The notes under the pieces were generated by a model. That model was not told the origin of the DNA and did no database searches. It saw only the letters and a program-made list of their open reading frames with translations. Source: a virus. From it: a stretch of DNA of 64,000 nt. The stretch covers positions 32,001 through 96,000 of the IMG/VR virus record IMGVR_UViG_3300026445_000027; one strand, given 5' to 3'. This document shows, piece by piece, positions 1 to 9,653 of the stretch; position 1 is the stretch's first letter; each line of letters opens with the position of its first letter. Made by a program: the position numbers and the translations under genes.

Positions 1-12
1 CGCGTTCGTTCC

Positions 13-519
13 ATGGTTACTTTCTTTGCGGTCTTGATTGGTCTGGGTTTGCTTGCATGGCAGACCTACAGCCCCAAACCCGTGAAGTTAGAAGCCGAGT
101 CATTCAACGCCATCAAAGAAGCAACCGAAGCCATGCGACGGACCGCGCAGTTGTCAGAACAAATCGTTAAAGATAACGAGGTGTTTACTGCCGGTATCAA
201 GGAAATGATGCAAAAGCAAGCTGACTTAAGGGAGGCGAATTATGATTTCCTTATGGGGGAATACGGTACAGGCGATAAGCCGCCTAGTTATGACGGTGGG
301 CCTCCTCCTGACTTTGGGTTGCACAAACAACCCCTCAGTCTCGGAGGGCTCCCAATTTATCCAGATCCAGGCGGACCGGATAGAGTACAACACGTACGCG
401 TCCCAGTTGAAAGCGATTCAGAAACAGCTAACGGAAGTAGCACCGGAGTTTCGGGAGGTAGCTCCCCTCCCCCCTCAGTCCAGGGTGGGCGATCTGACAA
501 GGTGGTTGGAGCAGAATAA
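13..519 (+). CDS. Putative i-spanin (Rz-like); may start upstream of the window
   Basis: N-terminal hydrophobic segment (FFAVLIGLGLLAW), then a helical/coiled-coil region. The Pro/Gly-rich C-terminal half overlaps a lipoprotein ORF in another frame. The frame is open from base 1. Confidence 0.6.
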   Translation: MVTFFAVLIGLGLLAWQTYSPKPVKLEAESFNAIKEATEAMRRTAQLSEQIVKDNEVFTAGIKEMMQKQADLREANYDFLMGEYGTGDKPPSYDGGPPPDFGLHKQPLSLGGLPIYPDPGGPDRVQHVRVPVESDSETANGSSTGVSGGSSPPPSVQGGRSDKVVGAE

Positions 520-724
520 CTGTCTCCTCCCAGGTCTCTCACCTACTGAGCGGGTGTATTGCTACCAAGTGACTCGTGTATACTTGATTCAAACCACGAA
601 AGCACTTGATGCACAAGACACCACCGTGTGGGCTGCTAAGCGGACGATCCAGCAGCTGGTAGGTAATTTGAACAAAGTCATTGAAATGGCACCACAGCCT
701 AACATAGACAAAGTTCCCCCCTGA
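242..724 (+). CDS. Putative o-spanin (Rz1-like lipoprotein)
   Basis: Signal peptide ending in lipobox LTLG-C (Cys27). Overlaps the 13-519 ORF by 278 nt and is followed by a strong hairpin. Confidence 0.65.
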   Translation: MISLWGNTVQAISRLVMTVGLLLTLGCTNNPSVSEGSQFIQIQADRIEYNTYASQLKAIQKQLTEVAPEFREVAPLPPQSRVGDLTRWLEQNNCLLPGLSPTERVYCYQVTRVYLIQTTKALDAQDTTVWAAKRTIQQLVGNLNKVIEMAPQPNIDKVPP

Positions 725-739
725 TGCAGACATAAGTTA

Positions 740-782
740 ATATACCCTCCAGGAGCCCTACAAAGGCTCCTGGAGGGTATAT
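740..782. terminator. Bidirectional terminator hairpin
   Basis: 18-bp perfect stem ATATACCCTCCAGGAGCC/GGCTCCTGGAGGGTATAT between convergent genes. Confidence 0.8.
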
Positions 783-789
783 AGCTGCA

Positions 790-1182
790 TTACTGCCCAT
801 TGGTACTGTTATCACCGTTCTGCTTCTTATCGGTGCTGATAACGTTTGCCAGACGGTTCCGTAACTGATCAGTAAGGCCACTTCCTTGCATGATAGTCGA
901 AATCGTCTTGTTGGCGTTGACCCAAGTCCAAGCACAGATAATCGGACCGATGTTAACAATGACCAGTGTCAGCTCGCTAGGCCATTCACCACCGTCCTTA
1001 ACCGACAGGTGTGTAGTGTACACGTTGAACACCGCAACCACACACATGGTGATAATGGAAAGGATCCCGCCCAGGTTACGCAGGGAGATCGTCCACTTAC
1101 CAAACAGTTCCCGTTCAATACCCCCATTAACAGCAGGGGACTCTTCGGGAGTTACCGGTTGCTCCTCCACTGGTTTATTCAT
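790..1182 (-). CDS. Small two-TM membrane protein, holin candidate
   Basis: 130 aa with two hydrophobic segments (LGGILSIITMCVVAVFNVY; LTLVIVNIGPIICAWTWV) and charged termini, next to the spanin-like genes. Confidence 0.45.
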   Translation of the reverse strand: MNKPVEEQPVTPEESPAVNGGIERELFGKWTISLRNLGGILSIITMCVVAVFNVYTTHLSVKDGGEWPSELTLVIVNIGPIICAWTWVNANKTISTIMQGSGLTDQLRNRLANVISTDKKQNGDNSTNGQ

Positions 1183-1811
1183 GCATAAAACACTCCGTAG
1201 TCTTTAGCGATGATCTCACAACGGTACAGAGCAATAGCCGTGGCGTCTGACGAGTGCTCATCGATTACCTTGAGATCGAACCCTTCGGAGTCTAAGTGCT
1301 CGTATGCCATCACACCGTTGTGGACGTCTTCTTTCTCTGATTTCTTAGCCACTACACCTACCGTCTCTTTTGGAGGGATGGGTGTAACGGTAGACACGTG
1401 GATACCACGCTCAATGAAAGGTGTTTGCAACATAGCCACAGCCTGGATTAGCTGCTTAAAGGTACCAGGGCTACGACCAAGGTAGTTATCCTCGATAATA
1501 GCCGTGACGCACACCTTAACGAACTTACAAGCCTTGTCGATCCAATCGGTAAGGTAGGCGTCAATGATCCCACCCAGTGCACGAGCCAACCCATAGCAGC
1601 GTGCCAATACCCCAGTACCATTAATAGTGTCGTCGTACTGTTCGGGGATGTCGTATAACACCCTGTCCCCTTTAATGGTATTTACGTACACCAACTTGAA
1701 GGGTGTGCGCTTGGACAGATCGACGTCCATGACACACACCCCCATGTTGGTGGTAGAAGGGTCAATTGCAATGACCCTCAATACCTGGGGGACTGTTAAG
1801 TCCTTAACCAT
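1179..1811 (-). CDS. ruvC: RuvC-like Holliday junction resolvase
   Basis: RNase H-fold RuvC motifs: IAIDPSTTNMGV, IIED, and DEHSSDATAIAL. Confidence 0.85.
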   Translation of the reverse strand: MVKDLTVPQVLRVIAIDPSTTNMGVCVMDVDLSKRTPFKLVYVNTIKGDRVLYDIPEQYDDTINGTGVLARCYGLARALGGIIDAYLTDWIDKACKFVKVCVTAIIEDNYLGRSPGTFKQLIQAVAMLQTPFIERGIHVSTVTPIPPKETVGVVAKKSEKEDVHNGVMAYEHLDSEGFDLKVIDEHSSDATAIALYRCEIIAKDYGVFYA

Positions 1812-1823
1812 AGGCAGCTCTTA

Positions 1824-2771
1824 TTAATTGCTCTGGCTACCAGCGCCGGCAGTTGCGTTAGTGTGCAGGAGCATTGGCTCGCTGGCACCGTGGTCGTAAT
1901 CCATGTTGAGCATGGTGTTGTTCAGGGCACTACGGGCGTCACGCTCAGTGATGTAGTGGGCAGCAACAGCGCTACGCACTTCAGTGTAACGTACGACACC
2001 AGCACCGCCGGTAACACCGTCAGTAATAGTATCTACACCCCAGCACTGCATTACCTCGTTGACGGCAGCATAGCTGGCATCGTTGTAGAGGATACGGCAG
2101 GCGTTGGCCATCTCTTGCAGGTCACCTTGGTTCAGCGAGCAACCCAGGATACCCGAGGAGTTGATGTACGTGTTCGACAGCGCCACCGAACCTTCACTGG
2201 TGAAGTCGATTGGTTGTGGGTTGAACAGGTCATCCCGCACCGGTACGTGTGGGGTAGCGGTTTCGTTACCGTTCTCGTCACGCACCACCTTGGCAACCTG
2301 TGGGTTGTAGTTGGTGAAGTCGATCAGTTTCAGGTAGTAGAACACGTAGGAGTTACCGTCGTAACCGTTCTTTACCACACGCATGCGGTACTTGGCACGG
2401 TTGACGTTGTCCAGGTCTTCGTTGATCGGTCGGCAGATGAACGGGATAGCCGTGAACAGGTTCATGTCGGTCGGCTGGTGCTGGTTGATTTTCATGCGGC
2501 TTACGCCCATGTTGTCAGAACCATTGCAGTTCGCACCGCGGATACCGACGCCGAAGTATTTCAACTCGAAGTCTTTGGCCGCTTTAGCACCGATTGATTC
2601 AGCCGCCAGGATGTTGTACAGCTCGTTGAGCGTGGTGTAACGTGGCAGGTTGAAGCTCTGGCGGGTGGCCAGACACTTCATGATGATGTTACCCCAGGCA
2701 GTGTTGGTGGTAGTCTGGGTAGGTACTTCCGACCGGTTCTGGTCTTGTACGTCGGTGTTGGACAAAGCCAT
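1824..2771 (-). CDS. Virion structural protein (phiKZ gp139-like by synteny)
   Basis: 315 aa with strong codon bias; lies between RuvC and the portal block as recalled for phiKZ-like phages. Confidence 0.55.
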   Translation of the reverse strand: MALSNTDVQDQNRSEVPTQTTTNTAWGNIIMKCLATRQSFNLPRYTTLNELYNILAAESIGAKAAKDFELKYFGVGIRGANCNGSDNMGVSRMKINQHQPTDMNLFTAIPFICRPINEDLDNVNRAKYRMRVVKNGYDGNSYVFYYLKLIDFTNYNPQVAKVVRDENGNETATPHVPVRDDLFNPQPIDFTSEGSVALSNTYINSSGILGCSLNQGDLQEMANACRILYNDASYAAVNEVMQCWGVDTITDGVTGGAGVVRYTEVRSAVAAHYITERDARSALNNTMLNMDYDHGASEPMLLHTNATAGAGSQSN

Positions 2772-2783
2772 TGGGTAAATTCC

Positions 2784-3197
2784 TTATAGACGGATGAGCC
2801 TGAAGCTCGTCGGTGTAAAGCGCATAGAATCTGACACCAGGACCACTGTGAGGGTCTCTTTATCAGGCACTAAATAGGCAATGTCCTCATCCAGGACGTG
2901 GTGTCCGGAGTAGCGGGTGACCCAGTTAGCGATCATGGCTTTGTTATGGTTTACATCGTAATCGTTACGATACTGTTTTGGTATGCTTAGGGTTTTGACC
3001 ATGTCCAGGCAACTGAGGTCTACACGCTGGTGCTCGTAATAGACGTTGTCGCCATTAGCCTTAGACACCAAGAACACCGCGTTCCCTTTAGCGTTAGTAG
3101 CCGTGTGGGTAAGCGTGGTGTTCAAAGCCTCGGTGGCATCAAGGATATGGTTGTCTTCCAAATACCGTTGTTTGATAAGTGCTAAGACTTTATTCAT
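2784..3197 (-). CDS. Hypothetical protein, possibly virion
   Basis: 137 aa, translationally coupled (ATGA overlap) to the upstream 702-aa gene. Confidence 0.6.
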   Translation of the reverse strand: MNKVLALIKQRYLEDNHILDATEALNTTLTHTATNAKGNAVFLVSKANGDNVYYEHQRVDLSCLDMVKTLSIPKQYRNDYDVNHNKAMIANWVTRYSGHHVLDEDIAYLVPDKETLTVVLVSDSMRFTPTSFRLIRL

Positions 3198-5302
3198 TCT
3201 TCCACCGGCAACTTGCGGATGTAGGAGTTGTCGATACCACGTACAGCGTAACGACGTGGGTCTTTCTCCAAGTTGACTGACTTGAGCACGCTGCGATCAG
3301 TCAACTTACCGTTAGCAGTGGTGCTGGCTACGATATGTGGCTTAAGCGGTGTGTACAGTCTGGTCAACGAGTCCATGCTGCGGATACCGTCCATGTTGGA
3401 CTGGTAGTTCAACTCTACGCCACTGAAGTCAGCAGTAAGCTTGTTACCAGGACCCATCAGGTCCGAGTTACCTACGAACACCTCGTTAATCAGTTCAGTA
3501 ACCGCTACGTCATCGTCCATCAGCTTAATGACGTGGATGGTGTAGGAACTAAGCTGGGTCATGATATCAATCAGGTCACTCTGTTTGATGCGCATGTTAG
3601 GCTGGATGTTGGTGTCCCAGCCAGTTACCCTTTTGAAGATGTCCCAAGCAAACGCTTTACACTCAGCAGCAGTGTAATCACTAAAGTCGAACTTGTACTC
3701 GTTAAGCAACTCGTCATACCGAGTGAAGTCACCCAGCTTAACGATACCGGACGTATAAACAGTCTTGGTGGCTTGTTTAACCCGCGCACGTTTGTTCAGG
3801 TCGTAGAACTGACTGTACAGTTTCTTGTGTTTCCACATGGTCTCGTACACATCGAATGCGTACTGGATCAAGTAGTCAGGCGCTACGAAATTGGCTACTG
3901 GGAACCACAGCGCTAGGATGTCCTCTGCCAAGTATTTCGGGTAAACGTATTTCTTACCGCCAATTGCCAAGATTTCCTTGACAGTAGGGGGCTTGATCCG
4001 CATCACGTTCTGGTAGTAAACCGGACAGATATGTACAGGGTTGTCACCATTGGAGTAATCAACCAAATACTTCCAGACGTGGTAAGCGTCAGTAACTGGG
4101 AGACGGACCTGTCTACCGGTCTTTGGATCGTTAACGATAACACGCCCCAGGAACTTCTTGTTACCTGCTAGGTAAACCCATTCGTTCTTAACCACCGACA
4201 TTAGTGTGTCTACGTGCCGGTTGGTGTAGTCGCGCATGGCAGACTCTAACGCTTTAGTAGGAAGCTCTGAGTGTAACGAGTTCTCGCCCTTGGCTACTGC
4301 GTCTTCCTGGTAGATAGTGGTGAAGTCGTAGTTGTCCTTAGCGAGTGGTTGTTGCTTCTCGATAAGGGCGGGGGTATCGATGTACGTTGGATCGCGACCG
4401 TAGTCGTCGATCAGGTTAAGGTTAAGGCGACGGTACAGCGGGGTAGGTGTAAGGTCTTCTACCTGGGTGGCGGTACCTTCTACCATGTCATATTTAGCGA
4501 GGGGGATGTTTGCTTCGGTAAGCATATTTTGCAATAGCTTATCAAAGGTAAACGACTGCCCTGGGTTATTACGCAGCCAAGCAATGTTGCGGAACAGCCA
4601 CATGGTCTGTTTACGCGTCAGGCTGTTTTTGTACTTTGAAAACTCGCCGTACGAATCTATATGACTCCAAATAAAGAAGTCGTGACTATGCCGGGTGCGC
4701 ATGTGCTCTAAGCGGATGGTCCCAATCCCTTGCAGGATCGACGCATAAAGCAGCTCCGACATCATCGGCATGAATAGGTCGTCGGTATAGTTGTATTCGT
4801 GACCCATGATCTGGGACACTACCGACTTGATGTATTTCTGCAACTCCGGTATTAACTGGGTTTCATTCCAGAGTACCAATTTGGTATTGTAACGGAGGAT
4901 CTTATAGTCCTCGGCCTCTATGGTCTCGCTATAGGGGATCGGCTGCAGGATACCCCGGATCAGCGTAGGCTGGGCTGGGTATTCAGCGACCAACCGATTA
5001 AACCAGTACGTGCCTTTAGCGTACTCGCGTGCGGTAGCCAAGTGCAGCTTGAGGTTCTCTTTGTTGAAGACGATTTCTTCATCGGTGTCAAGAGACCGGA
5101 TCACCATAGGGACGTCAGTCTCGTGGTAATCGCCGTTAAGGTTCATGTAGTAACGCCACGTGGTCTTGTCTTCACTGATCACATGTCCTACACGTTCCAA
5201 TGCTTGGTTGTACCGCTTCGCCCAGAGTTCGATCTTGACGATCATAGTTCTTGTTAGGGCGAACGTGTCCCTGAAGAACTTGTCCTTATCCGCATTGTTC
5301 AT
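3194..5302 (-). CDS. Virion structural protein, probably baseplate (phiKZ gp128-like by synteny)
   Basis: 702 aa, divergent from the portal gene; size and position fit the conserved core. Confidence 0.55.
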   Translation of the reverse strand: MNNADKDKFFRDTFALTRTMIVKIELWAKRYNQALERVGHVISEDKTTWRYYMNLNGDYHETDVPMVIRSLDTDEEIVFNKENLKLHLATAREYAKGTYWFNRLVAEYPAQPTLIRGILQPIPYSETIEAEDYKILRYNTKLVLWNETQLIPELQKYIKSVVSQIMGHEYNYTDDLFMPMMSELLYASILQGIGTIRLEHMRTRHSHDFFIWSHIDSYGEFSKYKNSLTRKQTMWLFRNIAWLRNNPGQSFTFDKLLQNMLTEANIPLAKYDMVEGTATQVEDLTPTPLYRRLNLNLIDDYGRDPTYIDTPALIEKQQPLAKDNYDFTTIYQEDAVAKGENSLHSELPTKALESAMRDYTNRHVDTLMSVVKNEWVYLAGNKKFLGRVIVNDPKTGRQVRLPVTDAYHVWKYLVDYSNGDNPVHICPVYYQNVMRIKPPTVKEILAIGGKKYVYPKYLAEDILALWFPVANFVAPDYLIQYAFDVYETMWKHKKLYSQFYDLNKRARVKQATKTVYTSGIVKLGDFTRYDELLNEYKFDFSDYTAAECKAFAWDIFKRVTGWDTNIQPNMRIKQSDLIDIMTQLSSYTIHVIKLMDDDVAVTELINEVFVGNSDLMGPGNKLTADFSGVELNYQSNMDGIRSMDSLTRLYTPLKPHIVASTTANGKLTDRSVLKSVNLEKDPRRYAVRGIDNSYIRKLPVEE

Positions 5303-5325
5303 AATTAGTCACCAAAGGGTTCAAT

Positions 5326-8300
5326 ATGTCCTACAGAGTGCGAGCGACGACGATAGGTAACCAGCGCGCTGACTATACTCAAATCAGCAAGAGCTTTACC
5401 AACCTACCGCCAGCTATTCAGTCAACGGTGCGAAACGCTGTACCACAAAACGGTCTCACACCTGAGAAAGGGGATATCGGTGGTACGGATACAGTCAACC
5501 AATATAAGCTGCAAAGGCTTAGTGACGTAATCAGTAACAACATCAATGCCGTAACCGACCTGCGGGCAATTACCCCGTATGTGGACAAAGCGGAGTTGAT
5601 CTGGAACACCATTCTGCTGTACCCCAATGGTAAGCAGGAACGTATCCTCACCTATGACACTCTGCCGTCGCAGTTCAAGAACAACGCGTTGCACTTAGAA
5701 CTGTTGAAGGTGTGGGAAGAATACTTCACCAACGACTATAGGATCGAGGAAGAACTCAGCAAAATTATCAACGATATCCTGTGGAATACTGGGTCTTACG
5801 TGCTCTTTAACTTGAGCCGTCCTGGTCTGGATTACTTGATCAATGGTAGTGAGTTCGATCCAAAGAAAGCCCGTGAAGGTACCGAGGCTTTCATGGAATA
5901 CCGCAACAAATCCCTGGAGGAGTTGCGTCGGGAATTCGTAGAGGTTAATGGTCAAGTCCGCGCCAAGAACATTGGCAAGATGATCCGCGACCCTAATGCA
6001 CCTGAAAAATCCAAGGTGAGTGGTCTTGAAGCTATTCTTAGCGGCGGTACCACTGAGGCTGGGTTGGAATTCAACCTGTTCGGTAGTGATGTGGACCCCG
6101 ATAACGACATGGGGATCACCTTTACTGACAACCCGGCGGTGCTGTACTTCCAGAAACTCAAAGAGAAAGACCGGATCAACCATGCACACAATGTGATGGG
6201 TGCTGAGAACCTCGATTTGATGATCGACCAGTTGCTCACCCAGCCTGAGGCTAAGGATCCGAAAGATCCAATCACCGACAAGGACACCAAGGTAAGGCAG
6301 AAAAAGGCAGAGCCTTCGGAAGCTACCACCAAGAACCTTGACGAGCCCATGATCGCAGCTGCTGCGCGTGAGCTTTACCGTGCACGGAACATCCATCACC
6401 AGTCGATGCAGTTCGTTAAGCCTATTGACACACTGTCGGTAGCGCCTTACGGTCGTGGTCTTACTTGGCACATTCCTAGTGAAGCGGTAATTCCGATCCA
6501 CTACAACGGTCAGAACAAGCGTCAGGGTGATTTCATTTTCCTGATCGATCCTGAGGAGGGTACCTTCCTCAAGAACACTGCTGACCCGGAATACTACCAG
6601 TCGGTCAACAAGACCAAGAACGGCATCGGCAATAAGAACAAGGCTGGTAGTGAGAACAACCTCATTAGCAGTCTGCGGGTGATCCAAGAAGGTAAGGAAT
6701 GCGAATTCGACATGTCCGAATTCGTTGACATTGCCAAGAAGTCGATTATCAAGCAGTTCACTTCGGCTATTCTGAGCGACAAGGCTGAGAACATCAGCAT
6801 CACTATTGACGAAGAGACCAACAAGATTTTCTTGAGTCGTCTGTTCCGTCGTCAAGGTGTGCGTTGCTTGTATGTGCCTGGTGAAGCAGTTACCTACATG
6901 GCCCTGAAATTCAGTCGGCTGGGTACTGGTCAGTCGTTGACTCAGCTGGCTAAGATGCACATTGCTCGTCTGGCTGCATTTGACGTAGCGGATGCTCTGG
7001 CTAACCTGGAGGCTGCTCAGCCTCACACGCTGATGACTCTGACTCACGGTAAGGAAGACGGGGATCCAAACAACACAGTCGCTATTGCGCGGGCTGCGTT
7101 CTACGAACAAAACCCTAAACTCCACTCGATGCTGGCTAGTGCCCAGCTGTCTGTCCCGTCGATTGTAAACTCCCTGAAAGACTCCTCGTTGACCGTTAAG
7201 ATCAATGCTGGAGACAACCCGTTAGTGGCTGCTCCAGAAATCGACATGCAGCAAATGGAGAAAAACTATTTCAAGCCGGTGTCTGATGAGTCTCGTCAGA
7301 AGGTGTTGAATGATATCTCTAACTACTTCTTTACTCCTCGGAGTTGGTTGGACGTTAGTGACGATCAGAACAACTTCAAGATAGAGGCTATTACCGAGCA
7401 CGAGATGGTTACCAACCAGGCTGTTAACTGGCAAGCTGCTCTGGCTGAGTTCATTGTGGACTTCCAGAAGAAACACACCCGTGTTAACGCTCCATTGCTC
7501 ACTAAGCTGATTCAGTGCATCAAGGACAACAAGAAATACTGGAAGCCAGACAACGCCAAGGAAGCAATTGCTGGTGACGACGGCACGGTTATCAAGACCC
7601 TGCTGGCTGACTTCTTTGTAGGTGTTAAGGTTAGCTTCCCTGAACCTACCAGTATGGAAACCACTGACAAACTCAAGAACCAATTGGACTCGATCCAGGC
7701 TCTGGTTGAGAAGTGGATGGAGATGGCCGGTGACGGCATTATCATGGATTCCATTGTTAAGACCTTGGGTCTCAATACGGAAATGGCTACACCGGATGAG
7801 ATCAACAAGCACGTGAAAGCTTACTTCTACGCGGAGGCCTTCAAGAAGTTCAACATCCCAATGCCGTTCGACGAGATCGTCAACGACGGTAAAGGTGGTG
7901 GTATTGCTTCGTTGGTACACGGTATCGTGCATCAGCAGGTCAACATGCAGGAGTTTGTGGTCGCTTACCTCACAGAGAAGCAGAAGGCTACCAAGGACTT
8001 CATTAAGAAGAACCAGACCAAGCTGCAGAAACTGTTTGATGAGCAACCTGAGGTACCAGAAGGTGAGCCACAGCTGGATGAAGATGGTAATCCGATTCCT
8101 GGCACTGGAGGTGCTCCAGGCGACGATGACGCAGAGGGAGGTGGGTACAATCCGTTTGGTGGGGATGCCCAAACAGACGATTCAGTACCTGGTGATGATG
8201 ATACACCTGCAAATGACGATGACACTTCTACGGAAGATGACCAGTCTGCTGGTGATGACACACCTACTGAACCAGATGCTGACGCTGATGCTAGTGGTAA

Positions 8301-8358
8301 GGGTAGCAATGATCCAAGCTCCCCTAACTACGATCCGTTTACTGGCGGCAAGGCGTAA
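5326..8358 (+). CDS. Portal protein (phiKZ gp129-like)
   Basis: 1010 aa at the conserved position. Cluster of G-x-E putative protease sites (GSE, GTE, GLE, GLE, GAE) near aa 170-295 and an acidic disordered C-terminal tail. Confidence 0.7.
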   Translation: MSYRVRATTIGNQRADYTQISKSFTNLPPAIQSTVRNAVPQNGLTPEKGDIGGTDTVNQYKLQRLSDVISNNINAVTDLRAITPYVDKAELIWNTILLYPNGKQERILTYDTLPSQFKNNALHLELLKVWEEYFTNDYRIEEELSKIINDILWNTGSYVLFNLSRPGLDYLINGSEFDPKKAREGTEAFMEYRNKSLEELRREFVEVNGQVRAKNIGKMIRDPNAPEKSKVSGLEAILSGGTTEAGLEFNLFGSDVDPDNDMGITFTDNPAVLYFQKLKEKDRINHAHNVMGAENLDLMIDQLLTQPEAKDPKDPITDKDTKVRQKKAEPSEATTKNLDEPMIAAAARELYRARNIHHQSMQFVKPIDTLSVAPYGRGLTWHIPSEAVIPIHYNGQNKRQGDFIFLIDPEEGTFLKNTADPEYYQSVNKTKNGIGNKNKAGSENNLISSLRVIQEGKECEFDMSEFVDIAKKSIIKQFTSAILSDKAENISITIDEETNKIFLSRLFRRQGVRCLYVPGEAVTYMALKFSRLGTGQSLTQLAKMHIARLAAFDVADALANLEAAQPHTLMTLTHGKEDGDPNNTVAIARAAFYEQNPKLHSMLASAQLSVPSIVNSLKDSSLTVKINAGDNPLVAAPEIDMQQMEKNYFKPVSDESRQKVLNDISNYFFTPRSWLDVSDDQNNFKIEAITEHEMVTNQAVNWQAALAEFIVDFQKKHTRVNAPLLTKLIQCIKDNKKYWKPDNAKEAIAGDDGTVIKTLLADFFVGVKVSFPEPTSMETTDKLKNQLDSIQALVEKWMEMAGDGIIMDSIVKTLGLNTEMATPDEINKHVKAYFYAEAFKKFNIPMPFDEIVNDGKGGGIASLVHGIVHQQVNMQEFVVAYLTEKQKATKDFIKKNQTKLQKLFDEQPEVPEGEPQLDEDGNPIPGTGGAPGDDDAEGGGYNPFGGDAQTDDSVPGDDDTPANDDDTSTEDDQSAGDDTPTEPDADADASGKGSNDPSSPNYDPFTGGKA

Positions 8359-8360
8359 AT

Positions 8361-8420
8361 AGCAAAAAAAGAAGTAACGTCTATAACCCCTACCCAGCCA
8401 ATGGCTGGGTAGGGGTTATA
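8361..8420. terminator. Bidirectional terminator hairpin, with a T-tract on the minus strand
   Basis: Stem TATAACCCCTACCCAGCC/GGCTGGGTAGGGGTTATA (8382-8420) between convergent genes, plus an A7 run at 8364-8370. Confidence 0.85.
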
Positions 8421-8425
8421 TTTGC

Positions 8426-8857
8426 TTAATGCCTACGTCTGACAAAATTCAAGCCAGTAATTCCTTTAACGGAGTCTTCCTTGATAGTTAGGACACGTAC
8501 GTGGGTTCGATCGCAGCCGAGGAAGGCGTCACTCAGGGCATCGATAGCTTCCATGTAGAAATAAACATCATCCCATGGTCCATCTTTGTCATGGCGGTCT
8601 AGAGCTTTCAACAAACAGGTGGTGATGCGATGCTCCAGGTTAGGCATGCGTAGCAGACCTTTAGGCCAATTGCCGGAACGACGAATAGCACGGAACTGCT
8701 TGAATATTGGTTCCGGATTAACCGATGCTGGATAACCAACCTCGATGGACGGTTTGAATACTTCAGTCCCTTTCACCAGTATTGGGAACTTGGTGAACTC
8801 GAACGGTCGCTCTTTACTGTCTTGTTCCAATAGCAGGTTCAATGCAAGTTTGGTCAT
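8426..8857 (-). CDS. Hypothetical accessory protein
   Basis: 143 aa with a GGAG Shine-Dalgarno upstream; packed against the previous gene. Confidence 0.7.
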   Translation of the reverse strand: MTKLALNLLLEQDSKERPFEFTKFPILVKGTEVFKPSIEVGYPASVNPEPIFKQFRAIRRSGNWPKGLLRMPNLEHRITTCLLKALDRHDKDGPWDDVYFYMEAIDALSDAFLGCDRTHVRVLTIKEDSVKGITGLNFVRRRH

Positions 8858-8858
8858 A

Positions 8859-9362
8859 TTAACTTACTCCGTGGATTTGTTCGTAAATTACCCAGTCAAC
8901 ACCACGTACACGGATGTAGCGATGCGGGGCTGGTTCGTAAGGGTCTTCAGTAAAGATGGCAAATAGTCGTCTGCTCATGTGCCCGCCGACCAACAGGTTT
9001 TCTTCCATAAGACCCAACACTATTTCACGTGCCAGCTCTTTAGGTTTACGTCGGATAGCTTTGTCACCATTCAGCACTAATGGGTTCAGTATATCAGCGA
9101 TGGCATTCACCATGCTAACCCCATTAGTATCATTAATGACATTAAGGTCTATCTCGTACCAACTACCTGGTTCCTTGGGAGGTTTCGGTGTGGCCTTATC
9201 CAGCTCCTTAAGCCGCTGTACCAGATATTTCTTGAACTCCGGACCAGATGGTCGGGTGTCTTCACCAGATTTCCTGGTGGTGTCATAGACACTGTAATAA
9301 GACAGGAGCTCGGCGAGTTCAGTGAGTGTGAATTTGTCCAGTTTGTTCTTACACGGGGTCAT
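8859..9362 (-). CDS. Hypothetical accessory protein
   Basis: Start moved to the ATG at 9362 (MTPCK), which has a GAGG SD and a TAATG stop/start overlap with the upstream gene. Confidence 0.7.
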   Translation of the reverse strand: MTPCKNKLDKFTLTELAELLSYYSVYDTTRKSGEDTRPSGPEFKKYLVQRLKELDKATPKPPKEPGSWYEIDLNVINDTNGVSMVNAIADILNPLVLNGDKAIRRKPKELAREIVLGLMEENLLVGGHMSRRLFAIFTEDPYEPAPHRYIRVRGVDWVIYEQIHGVS

Positions 9363-9607
9363 TAAACATCTACCTCGTTTTGGATCTCCAAGCACAGAGC
9401 CCACTTCTCAGAACGGTTAGGGTCTGCTTTGATACCAGCCCCTGGAATAAATGCCAGCGATTCAGACATCATACCAGTTGGCCCGCGCGAGTTAACGCGC
9501 ATCATTACCCCACCAGGTACTTTCATTACAGTTGTAGATTTTACTGGATAACCCGTGCCCTCTGTGACTAGAGGGTACCATTCGCCGCCTGGGAATTTAT
9601 TAGCCAT
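9362..9607 (-). CDS. Small hypothetical protein
   Basis: 81 aa with an AGGAG SD 8 nt before the ATG; beta-rich pattern. Confidence 0.7.
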   Translation of the reverse strand: MANKFPGGEWYPLVTEGTGYPVKSTTVMKVPGGVMMRVNSRGPTGMMSESLAFIPGAGIKADPNRSEKWALCLEIQNEVDV

Positions 9608-9624
9608 GTCATATTCTCCTAGAC

Positions 9625-9653
9625 AAAAAAAAAGAAGGACTCCGAAGAGTCCT
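9625..9653 (-). terminator. Rho-independent terminator with UUCG loop
   Basis: Minus strand AGGACTC-TTCG-GAGTCCT followed by TCTTTTTTTTT. Confidence 0.85.

Noticed and set aside
6298-6306. A-runs in the portal gene (CAG AAA AAG here; GAG AAA AAC near 7258) as slippery sites
   Set aside because: They are not X_XXY_YYZ heptamers, and I saw no stimulator or plausible fusion partner.
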